Source of the DNA: Phyllobates terribilis
Lineage: Eukaryota
Assembly: GCF_046119375.1 (NCBI RefSeq)
Contig: NW_027363086.1
Location: forward strand, 1-64,000
Reading direction: 5' to 3'
Length of the DNA stretch: 64,000 bases
Shown: piece by piece, positions 1-10,458 of the stretch
Layout of the letters: each line of letters starts with the position of its first letter
Position numbering within the stretch: position 1 is the first letter of the stretch
The notes under the pieces: model-generated
The model's database searches: none
Told to the model about the DNA's origin: nothing
The model's input: the letters and a program-made list of their open reading frames with translations, nothing else
Translations under genes and position numbers: made by a program

Positions 1-55
1 TTGTATAGTTGTTCAGAGGTTCCACCTCCCAGACCCGTTACAGTTTGCTCGGGCC

Positions 56-1006
56 ATGGAACCCGGTGGCACCCAAACTCCCTCGCTCTCGGACCTATGC
101 CATGAACTGTCCCGTCAGAGGTCCCAACAGTAGTCCATCCTGAGCCACCTGCGGAATGTCAACTCTCGCCTGGACACTCTGACTGCTCCACCAGCAACCA
201 CCGCTAGTGTCATGACTCGCAACCCGGCAGCGCCGCTGCCCACCAATACCATGGCATCCTGCCCCGGTCCCCGGCTTTCTGCACCTCCTCGCTTCGGAGG
301 CGACCCCGCTCAAGCTCGGGGCTTCATAAACCAGTGCACCCTGCACTTTGAACTCCTGGCCCACCAGTTTATCTCCGACCGAGCCAAAGTGGCATTCATC
401 ATGTCCCATCTCACTGGGGAGGCACTGGCATGGCTTAACCCTCTGTGGGAGAGAGGGGATCCCCTGGTGTCCGACCTGTCGTCTTTCCTCACTGCTTTCC
501 GAAGGGTCTTCGATGAACCGGGACGAAAGACCTCATCTGCCTCCTCTTTGCTACGTCTCCACCAAGGGAGTCTCACCGTGGGCCAATATGCCATACGATT
601 CCGCACCCTCGCTTCTGAGCTTGCCTGGGATAATGAGGCCCTGGTGTCCGTCTTCTGGGAGGGCCTTTCCGGTCGGATTAAAGATGAGCTCGCCGGTCGG
701 GACATTCCTACCACCCTGGATGACCTGGTGTCTCTGGCTACCCGGATTGACATCCGGTTTCAAGAACGTACCAAAGAGACCACCCGTGAGAGAAGGTTTC
801 CCCGCCTAGCTCCTACTTTCCAGAAACCTGTCTCCTCTTCTGTCACTCCCCGGGCGCACTCACCCGAGTCCATGCAGATCGACCAGACCAAGTTGGTCAA
901 ATCTCGCCAAGAGTCACGCCGAGCCGAGGGCATTTGCTTCTATTGTGGCAGTAAGGAGCACCTGATTCGTTCCTGCCCGGAGAGGCCGGGAAACTCCAGT
1001 GTCTAG
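56..1006 (+). pseudogene. Element A gag (PEG10/RTL1-like retrotransposon capsid plus CCHC knuckle) with one premature stop
   Basis: ATG at 56 is in frame with ORF 212-1006; in-frame TAG at 131-133. Contains the motifs 'PPRFGGDP..ARGFINQC' and CFYCGSKEHLIRSC. Confidence 0.88.
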
Positions 1007-1049
1007 GACCGCTCGGAGAGGTCGCCCTAGACAAAAATAAGTCCTCTCC
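988..1049 (+). promoter_or_regulatory. -1 ribosomal frameshift signal (G GGA AAC plus predicted H-type pseudoknot)
   Basis: Heptamer 988-994 is in the gag frame and pol is in the -1 frame. Stem 1: gtctagg 1001-1007 / cctagac 1026-1032. Stem 2: ggagagg 1015-1021 / cctctcc 1043-1049. Confidence 0.85.
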
Positions 1050-4000
1050 AACCCTGACTTTGTCTGTATCTATCTCCTGGGGAGAGAACCGTCACTTTGA
1101 ACTCGCCCACCTGGACTCTGGATCCGCTGGAAACCTCATCTCTCAGTCCCTGGTTGAGAAATACCATATTCCCACCAAGTCTCTGGCTGAACCTTTGTCA
1201 GTCGCCTCCGTGGATGGAAGACTCCTTCCGGTGACCATCCTGCTCGTCACGGAACCCATAACCCTGCAGGTGGGAATGCTGCACTCTGAGGTAATCTCCT
1301 TCCATGTGTTGTCCGGACTCTCCCACTCCCTATTGCTAGGTCTACCTTGGCTCCAGACACATGAACCCGTGTTGAACTGGCATTCCGGTGAAGTACTCCG
1401 GTGGGGGCCGGCCTGCCATAAGACCTGCCTGGTTCCGGTTCGTCCGGTTCGTCCTCCACCTATCCCAGCTAATTTACCCGGTCTTCCGGCTCCTTACTGG
1501 CCCTATGCTGACGTCTTCGGTAAGAAGGAAGCAGAGACATTGCCACCTCATAGGCCATATGATTGCCCGATCGACCTGGTACCCGGCGCCACTCCACCCC
1601 GTGGGCGTATTTATCCGTTGTCTGCGGCAGAAACCCGGGCCATGTCTGAGTACATAGAGGAGAATCTGGCCAGGGGATTTATCCGGAAGTCTACTTCCCC
1701 GGCTGGTGCCGGATTCTTCGTTGTCAAAAAAAAAGATGGCTCGCTTCGCCCCTGTATTGACTATAGAGGACTCAATCAGATCACGGTTAAAAATAAATAC
1801 CCCCTTCCGCTCATCTCTGAGTTATTTGATTGCCTTAAAGGCGCCAGGATCTTTTCCAAGCTGGATCTACGTGGAGCATATAACCTGGTCCGTATCCGTC
1901 AGGGAGACGAGTGGAAAACAGCATTTAATACCCGGGACGGACACTATGAGTACCGTGTGATGCCCTTCGGTCTCTGCAATGCTCCCGCCGTCTTCCAAGA
2001 ACTGGTCAACGACATCTTCCGTGACCTTCTTTACTCCTGCGTGGTGGTATACCTGGACGACATCTTGGTCTTCTCTCCGGATCTTCCCACACACCGGAGG
2101 GATGTTCGTCAGGTCCTGCTTAGGCTCAGGCAGAACCACCTCTATGCTAAATACGAGAAGTGCCTTTTTGAGCAGACCTCTCTTCCTTTCCTGGGCTATG
2201 TTATCTCCCGGACAGGCTTGCGAATGGATCCCGAGAAGCTCTCTGCTGTCCTAAAGTGGCCCCGTCCGGAGGGCTTGAAGGCGATACAGCGATTCCTGGG
2301 CTTCGCTAATTACTATCGTCTCTTCATTCCTCACTTCTCGTCACGGACTGCGCCCATATCTGCGCTCACCCGTAAGGGAGCAAATCCCAAGGTATGGTCA
2401 TCCGAAGCTGAGGAGGCCTACCTTTCCCTGAAACAAGCCTTCTCCTCTGCCCCTGTGCTGCACCGTCCGGACTGCAACAAACAGTTCTACCTGGAGGTTG
2501 ATGCCTCCTCCTCTGGAGCCGGAGAAGTGCTCACCCAAAAGTCTTCCTCCGGGAGAATGGTAACCTGCGGCCTTTTCTCTAAAATCTTCTCCTCCTCTGA
2601 GCGCAATTACTCCATAGGAGACCGAGAACTGCTAGCCGTTAAATTGGCGCTGGAGGAGTGGCGCTACCTGCTTGAAGGTGCTCTATACCCGGTGATCATC
2701 TACACGGATCACAAGAACCTGGCATATCTCCAAAATGCTCAGAGACTTAATCCACGTCAGGCCCGGTGGTCTTTGTTTTTTGCCCGCTTCGATTTCATCC
2801 TTCATTTCCGCCCGGCGGACAAAAATGTCAAAGCTGATGCCTTGTTCCGATCTTTCCTGTCCTCCGACCAAGAGGAGGAACCTATGCACATTATCGACCC
2901 CTCCAAGGTGATGAATGTGGCCCCCTTGGATTTGACTCGTCTTCCACCCGGCAAGACGTTCGTGGCGCCTCCAGACCGTGAGAGGGTTCTTCGCTGGGGT
3001 CATTCTTCTAAACTAGCTGGTCATGCTGGCCAAAAAAAGACCTTCCTACTCATTTCCCGGCATTACTGGTGGTCTACCCTGCGTAAGGATGTGGTAGACT
3101 TCGTCTCTGCCTGTTCATCTTGTGGCTGCAACAAAGTTCCCAGACACTTACCAGCTGGTCATCTCCTGCCGCTTCCCATACCTGTTGCCCCGTGGCAACA
3201 CATCGCTATGGACTTCATTACGATCTTCCTGTCTCTGCCGGGTGTACTGTCATTTGGGTGGTCGCGGACCGCTTCTCTAAAATGGCCCACTTCATTCCCC
3301 TGCCTGGTCTTCCGTCTGCACCTGAGCTGGCTAAGGACTTTATCTGCCATATCTTCCGTCTCCATGGCCTACCCCTCCACATCGTGTCGGATCGAGGGGG
3401 TTCATTTTACCTCACGCTCCTGGAGAGCCACATGTAAACTGCTGGACGTCACCCTGGACTTCTCCTCCGCTTACCACCCTCAGTGCAATGGTCAAGTGGA
3501 GCGGATCAATCAGATCCTTACCAGCTATCTCCGACACTTTCTTAATGCCCACCATTCTGATTGGGTGGACCTCCTTCCTTGGGCCGAGTTCTCTTATAAT
3601 AACCACGAGAGCGAATCCTCTTCCAAGTCCCCGTTCTTTATTGTCTATGGCCAGCACCCCCGGATTCCGTTTCCCGTCTCCGCCTCTGTGGACAACCCTG
3701 CCGCGCAGTCTCTTGTCAGAGAGTTTTCTACCATTTGGGAGAGTACTAGGTCTGCACTTCTTCAGTCCTCCGAGCGGATGAAGCGATATGCTGATAAGAG
3801 ACGTCTGGATCCGCCTCAATTCCGTCCGGGAGACAAGGTTTGGCTCTCTTCCAAACATGTACGGCTCAAGATACCCTCCTACAAGTTAGGTCCTCGCTTC
3901 ATCGGTCCTTTCGAAATCCTCAGGCAAATTAATCCAGTGGCCTACAAATTAAAACTCCCGGCCACCTTATGGATTCCCAACTCCTTCCACGTATCTCTCC

Positions 4001-4256
4001 TCAAACCCGTTGTCTTTAACTCTTTTTCCAACAATCCAGGTACTCCTCCTGCTCCGGTTTCCGCTGAAGACGTCTTTGAGGTAGAGAGTATTCTGGCCAC
4101 TAAGAGGGTAAGAGGAAAGACCTTTTTTTTGGTAGATTGGAAGGGGTTTGGTCCTGAGGAGAGAACATGGGAGCCCTGGGAGAACATCCATGCCCCTCTC
4201 ATCCTTGCTAAATTTCTCTCTGGACAAAAAAAGGGGGGGCCTAAAGGGGGGGGTAC
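988..4256 (+). CDS. Element A pol: aspartic protease, RT, RNase H, integrase, chromodomain (integrase core garbled between two compensating frameshifts)
   Basis: LDSGSAG, YLDD, EVDASS and HHCC motifs; chromodomain [25 protein letters not shown]. Comparison with element B shows a -1 indel near 3222 and a +1 indel near 3398. Confidence 0.93.
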
Positions 4257-5393
4257 TGTAGCGTCGGCGTCCCTGCCTCCTGCTAGGCAGGGACGCCGTT
4301 CCCCTCACCTCTCCGCTCCGTGCCCGGCGGCTTCCTCCCGCTCTGCTGGCAGCGCACGCTGCTTCCCGGCCTCTGTGCTTAGGGCGCGCGCGCGCTCCCC
4401 CTCTCTTAAAGGGGCCGCGCGCGCCGTCCTAAGGAGTCCCCAGCCAATGGCCGGAGGACCTCACCATATATAAGGCACCTCCTCCAAAATGGAGGTGCCC
4501 GAGCAATGTTGTTGCAAAGCCTTTCAACTCTGCTTCAGCCCTCAGGTCCCGTTACCAGTTACCTGCCAGTCACCTGCCAGATTCCTGCCTGTTACTTATC
4601 TATCTGCGGTCCGACAGTCTGCCTACCAGCCCTGCCAGTCTGTCTATGGATCAGTCTGCCCGCTCACCTGGGAGCGCTCACCTGCTACCTGCCTGCTAGC
4701 CTACCTGGAGGCTCCGCCGTCACGTGCTGGGACCACCTGCCTGTCCAGAGACTCTTGCCCGCTCACCTGGGAGCGCTCACCTGCTACCTGCCTGTTAGCC
4801 TACCTGGAGGCTCCGCCGTCACGTGCTGTGACCACCTGCCTGTCCAGAGACTCTTGCCCGCTCACCTGGGAGCGCTCACCTGCTACCTGCCTGCTAGCCT
4901 ACCTGGAGGCTCTGCTGCCATGTGCCGTGACCTCCCGCCTGTCCAGACACTCTTGCCCGCTCACCTGGGAGCGCTTCTCTGCTACCTGCCTGCTAGCCTA
5001 CCTGGAGCCGTCACTTGCTGTGACCACCGGCCAGTCCAGAGACTCTTGCCCGCTCACCTGGGAGCGTCCACCTGCTACCTGCCTGCTAGCCTACCTGGAG
5101 GCTCTGCCGTCACTTGCCGTGACCACCCGCCTGTCAAGAGACTGTCTCCGTCACTTGCCGTGACCTCCTGCCCTTCTACCCAGAGACTGTCCCCGTCACT
5201 TGCCGTGACCTCCTGCCCTTCAACCCAGAGACTGTCCCCGTCACCTGCCATGTCCTCCTGCCCTTCTACCCAGAGACTGTCCCCGTCACTAGCCGTGATT
5301 ACCTGCCCGCCTTCCCTGGGAGCCACCCGCTTCCTTACAAAGACTACCCCCTTGTATAGTTGCTCAGAGGTTCCACCTCCCTGACCCGTTACA
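4257..5393 (+). repeat. 3' LTR of element A (1137 bp) with internal 99-bp x~5 and 45-bp x~4 tandem arrays
   Basis: TG..CA ends and a TATA at 4466-4473. The unit gcccgctcacctggg starts at 4658, 4757, 4856, 4955 and 5048. Confidence 0.92.
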
Positions 5394-8300
5394 TAGAGGA
5401 CTCAACCAGATTACTATCATAAACAAATATCCCCTGCCACTCATCTCTGAGCTGTTCAACCGCCTTAAAGGTGCGAAGATCTTTACCAAGCTCGATCTTC
5501 GTGGGGCATATAACTTGGTCCAGATCCGCCAAGAAGACGAGTGGAAGACGGCATTCAATACCCGGGACGGCCACTATGAATACCGTGTGATGCCCTTCGG
5601 CCTCTGTAATGCTCCTGCCGTCTTCCAAGAATTAGTTAATGACATCTTCCGTGACCTCTTATATTTTTGCGTGGTGGTGTACCTGGACGACATCTTGGTC
5701 TTCTCTCCGGATCTTCCCACACACCGGAGGAATGTTCGTCAGGTCCTGCTTAGGCTCAGGCAGAATCACCTATACGCAAAATTTGAAAAATGCCTCTTCG
5801 AGCAGACCTCTCTTCCGTTCCTGGGCTATATTATCTCTAAGACAGGTCTACGGATGGACCCCGAGAAGGTTTCTGCCTTCTTAAAGTGGCCCCGTCCGGA
5901 GGGGCTGAAGGCGATTCAGTGATTCCTGGGCTTCGCGAATTATTACCGTCTCTTCATCCCACATTTCTCTTCCCGGACTGCTCCCATCTCTGCGCTCACC
6001 CGTAAGGGAGCAAATCCTAAGGAATGGCCGTCCGAAGCAGAGGAGGCCTTCCTCTCCTTAAAACTAGCCTTTTCTTCTGCCCCAGTGCTGCACCGTCCGG
6101 ATTGCAACAAATTTTCTGGAGGTTGATGCTTCCTCTTCCAGAGCGGTGCTCACCCAGAAATCTCCGTCCGGGAGAATGGTAACCTGCGGCTTCTTCTCCA
6201 AGCTCTTCTCATCCGAGCGCAACTACTCCATAGGAGACCGAGAACTGCTAGCCATCAAATTGGCGCTGGAGGAGTGACGTTACCTGCTTGAGGGGGTTCT
6301 GCACCCGGTGGTCATCTACACTGACCTCAAAAACCTGGCATATCTACAGAATGCCCAAAGACTCAATCCACGTCAGGCCCGGTGGCCTTTGTTCTTCGCC
6401 CGTTTCAACTTTACCCTACATTACCGCCCTGCGGACAAGAACGTTAAAGCCAACGCCTTGTACCGATCCTTCCTGTCTTCCGATCAAGAGGAGGAGCCTA
6501 TGCATATCATCGATCCCTCCAAAGTGATGAATGTGGCCCCCTTGGACCTGTCTCGTCTCCCACCCAGTAAGACATTTGTAGCGGTTCCAGATCGTAAGAA
6601 GGTTCTTCACTGGGGTCATTCATCTAAACTAGCCAGCCATGCTGGCCAGAAGAAGACCTTCTTGCTCATTACCCGGCATTACTGGTGGCCTACCCTGCGC
6701 AAGGATGTAGTAGACTTCGTGACGGCCTGTTCGTCCTGTGCCCGCAACAAGGTTCCCAGACATCTTCCAGCCGGCCGTCTCCTGCCTCTTCCCGTACCTG
6801 CTGCCCCATGGCAACACATTGCTATGGACTTTATTACCGATCTCCCTGTTTCTGCCGGTTGTACTGTCATTTGGGTGGTCGCTGACCGCTTTTCTAAAAT
6901 GGCCCACTTCATCCCTCTGCCTGGTCTCCCGTCTGCATCTGTGCTGGCTAAGGACTTCATCCATCACATTTTCGTCTCCATGGCCCACCCCTCCACGTTG
7001 TGTCTGATCGCGGGGTCCAGTTTACTTTGCGTTTCTGGAGAGCTACGTGTAAGCTGCTGGATGTCACCCTGGATTTTTCCTCTGCTTACCATCCGCAGTC
7101 AAATGGCCAAGTGGAACGTATCAACCAGACCCTTACCAGCTTCCTCCGGCACTTCGTCAACGCTCACCATACCGATTGGGTAGAGCTCCTACCATGGGCC
7201 GAATTCTCCTATAACAACCATGAGAGCGAATCTTCTTCCAAGTCCCCGTTCTTTGTAGTCTACGGTCAACATCCCCGGATTCCGTTTCCCGTCTCCGCTT
7301 CAGTGGACAACCCTGCCCCGGAGTCTCTGGTCAGCGAATTTTCCACCATTTGGGAGGACACTAGGTCCGCACTTCTTTATTCCTCCGAGCGGATGAAGAA
7401 ACATGCTGATAAGAGACGCCAGGACCCACCTCAATTCCATCTGGGAGACAAGGTTTGGCTCTCCTCCAAACATGTTCGTCTCAAAATACCCTCCTATAAG
7501 TTGGGTCCACGGTTCATCGGTCCTTTTGATGTCCTCAAGCAAATCAACCCAGTAGCCTACAAGTTAAAACTCCGGGCCACCTTACGGATTCCCAACTCCT
7601 TCCACGTATCTCTCCTCAAACCAGTTGTGCTTAATTCTTTTTCTGACAATCCAGGTACCCCCCCAGCTCCGGTCTCCGCTGAGGATGTCTATGAGGTAGA
7701 GAACATTCTGGCCACCAAGAGGGTAAGAGGAAAAACCTTTTTTCTGGTGGATTGGAAGGGGTTTGGCCCAGAGGAGAGAACTTGGGAACCCAGGGAGAAC
7801 ATCCACGCCTTTCTTCTCCTTAAAAAATTTCTTTCTGGCCTAAAAAAGAGGGGGCGTAAAGGGGGGGTACTGTAGTATCGGCGTCTCTGCTCCCTGACAG
7901 GCAGAGACGCCGTCCCTCTTACCGCCACGCTCCCGGCCCGGCGTCTTCCGGCTTTCCTGCTGCTGCTGCCGGCGCGCGCAGCTTCCCGGGCACTGTGCTT
8001 AGGGCGCGCTCTCCCCCCCTCTTAAAGGGGCCGCGCGCGCCGTCCTAAGGAGTCCTCAGCCAATGGCCGGAGAACCTCTCATATAGAAGGCACCCCCTCC
8101 AAAATGGAGGTGCCCGTGCAAGGTTGTAGCTTTGTGTCCTAAACTCTGCTTCAGCCCTCAGGTCCCGCTGCTAGTCTGACTACCAGTCCAGTCCGCCAGC
8201 CTGACTACCAGTCCAGTCCGCCAGCCTGACTACCAGCTCAGTCTGCCAGCCTGACTACCAGTCCAGTCCGCCAGTCTAACTACCAGCCCTGTCCGCCAGT

Positions 8301-8741
8301 CCTGTCCGCCAGCCTGACTACCAGCCCAGTCCGTCAGCCTGACTACCAGTCCTGTCCGCCAGCCTGACTACCTGTCTCCGCCAGCCCGACGGTCTGCCTA
8401 CGATCCAAACCCGCCAGTGTGTCTATGGGCCTGGCTTGCCTGCCTACCCGGAGAACGTACCAGTTACCTGCCGTGCCTATCAGTCAGCCTACCTGGAGGC
8501 TCTTATCAGTTACCTGCCGTGCCTACCCGGAGGCTCCTGCCAGTTACCCGTGGGAGTCCCCTGCTCTCATACAAAGACAGGCCCAGAGTAGCACCTGGTC
8601 CTTCTGCTCGGTCCTTCCCTGGTTCACAGAGTCGATTGAGCCGCCGTGCTACCCTGGTCAGTCCGAGTTGATACCTAGTTACGCCCCTCTGGTCCCTCCT
8701 TGCTCCGCAGCACAGAGGTTCCACCACCCGGATCCGTAACA
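5394..8741 (+). mobile_element. 3' part of related chromoviral Gypsy element 'B' (RT-RH-IN-chromodomain pseudogene plus 3' LTR), interrupted in RT by element A
   Basis: Sequence resumes mid-RT (tagaggactcaacc, compare 1764 in A). Stops at about 5918 and 6275, plus frameshifts. PPT precedes the LTR at 7871-8741. Confidence 0.93.
7871..8741 (+). repeat. 3' LTR of element B with a ~25-bp tandem array (ctgactaccagtccagtccgccagc)
   Basis: Starts tgtag after the polypurine tract and ends ccgtaaca. U3 is similar to the LTR of A. Confidence 0.88.
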
Positions 8742-9356
8742 AGAAGCAGAGGTGACTCTTGGTCTTCCTTTCCTGGGGCGGTCCTCATGTGAGCCAGTTT
8801 CTTTGTAGCGCTTGATGGTTTTTGCAACTGCACTTGGGAACACTTTCAAAGTTTTCCCAATTTTTCGCACTGACTGACCTTCATTTCTTAAAGTAATGAT
8901 GGCCACTCGTTTTTCTTTACTTAGCTGCTTTTTTCTTGCCATAATACAAATTCTAACAGTCTATTCAGTAGGACTATCAGCTGTGTATCCACCTGACTTC
9001 TGCACAACACAACTGATGGTCCCAACCCCATTTATAAGGCAAGAAATCCCACTTATTAAACCTGACAGGGCACACCTGTGAAGTGAAAACCATTTCCGGT
9101 GACTACCTCTTGAAGCTCATCAAGAGAATGCCAAGAGTGTGCAAAGCAGTCATCAAAGCAAAAGGTGGCTACTTTGAAGAACCTAGAATATAAGACATAT
9201 TTTCAGTTGTTTCACACTTTTTTGTTAAGTATATAATTCCACATGTGTTAATTCATAGTTTTGATGCCTTCAGTGTGAATGTACAATTTTCATAGTTATG
9301 AAAATACAGAAAAATCTTTAAATGAGAAGGTGTGTCCAAACTTTTGGTCTGTACTG
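8742..9356 (-). mobile_element. Tc1-like DNA transposon 5' portion, interrupted by element B
   Basis: TIR cagtacagaccaaaagtttggacac on the minus strand, flanked by TA at 9357-9358. Transposase N-terminus MARKKQLSKEKRVAII...GRPRVTS starts at 8942. Confidence 0.92.
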
Positions 9357-10106
9357 TATATATATGTGGAATGTTTGAGCTGAACGAATCTGTAACAGAG
9401 TGAAATTTGCTGAATATATGTGCAGCTGCTAAGTGAGATTTGTGTGACAGAGGCCTCATGTATGTTTGTTTCTTTATGTGAAGGTACAAAATTACATTTA
9501 AGTCTGAGAAAATGATGATACATAATTAAGTATTATCTATATAATATATATATTTCTATATTTCTTTAGTAATTATTACTTCTTGATTTAGCTAATAGTG
9601 GATAAGGGTAACCACACATTAAAATGGTTTATAAAGCAAATTTACATTTAGAATAATTTTTCACAATGATAATTTTATAGTATTCAAGGATATTATTATT
9701 TTTAATGGTTACATAAATAGGTACACACCTCTTCAGACAAATATATGCTATGACATTTATGCAAAATATTTATAGAAGAATAATTATTTTTAATTTGGTT
9801 CTGATATATAAATTATTTTCTAAAATAATATTTTTTGCCATTAAGGGGGAAAATGTGCTTTTGATCCTGATTACATAATCACTTTTGATCAATACTTATT
9901 TTTCACACATTTTAATGAAGAAGAAATATTAATAAGCTACAATGGTATGATTAAGAAGGGTATTACATGCAAAGTTACATAATTTAATCATTTTTGGTAA
10001 TACAAGGTTATGACAAATATGAAATCATCCAGATAATGGAAATATAAGGGTATTTTTATGGAGAATACAATTACTCTGCATTTATCATTAACATATAAAG
10101 GCCTTA

Positions 10107-10141
<35 letters not shown>

Positions 10142-10458
10142 TTTAGTCTTAATTTAATTTTTCTTTTTTCAATTTTATTCTTACTTTCTTCTTATTTTTT
10201 CATTTTTCATTTTTAATTCTAATTTTTTTATTTTATTATTTCAGTTCAATATCTCAATTGAGAAAACACATTCATATTTAATAAAGTAATGTCTAGTACA
10301 AGAATATTGCTTCATTAAATATAATGATATGGTTCCAATATAAGAAAAAAAATATTTCAATTTTTTGAGTAAACACAAGTCATTCTTGCATTCATTCATT
10401 CATATATTTATTCATTTTGGTTCATGAGTATACTTTCTTTGGTATTATTGGTAAACAC

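Larger units (their letters stand above)
1..5393 (+). mobile_element. Gypsy/Ty3 chromovirus (Tf1/sushi group) LTR retrotransposon 'A'; 5' LTR truncated by the window start
   Basis: Positions 1-42 match the 3' LTR end (5352-5393, ...ccgttaca) with 2 mismatches. Gag with a CCHC knuckle, then pol in the order PR-RT-RH-IN-chromodomain. PPT at about 4226-4253; 3' LTR 4257-5393 has TG...CA ends. Confidence 0.95.

Noticed and set aside
4257-4473. C-terminal extension of the 1137-aa pol ORF
   Set aside because: Read-through into the LTR caused by G-run length in the PPT; element B stops at the LTR start.
4489-5384. 224-aa and 292-aa ORFs after the pol of A, as a possible extra (env-like) gene
   Set aside because: They lie within the LTR and simply translate the 99-bp and 45-bp tandem arrays.
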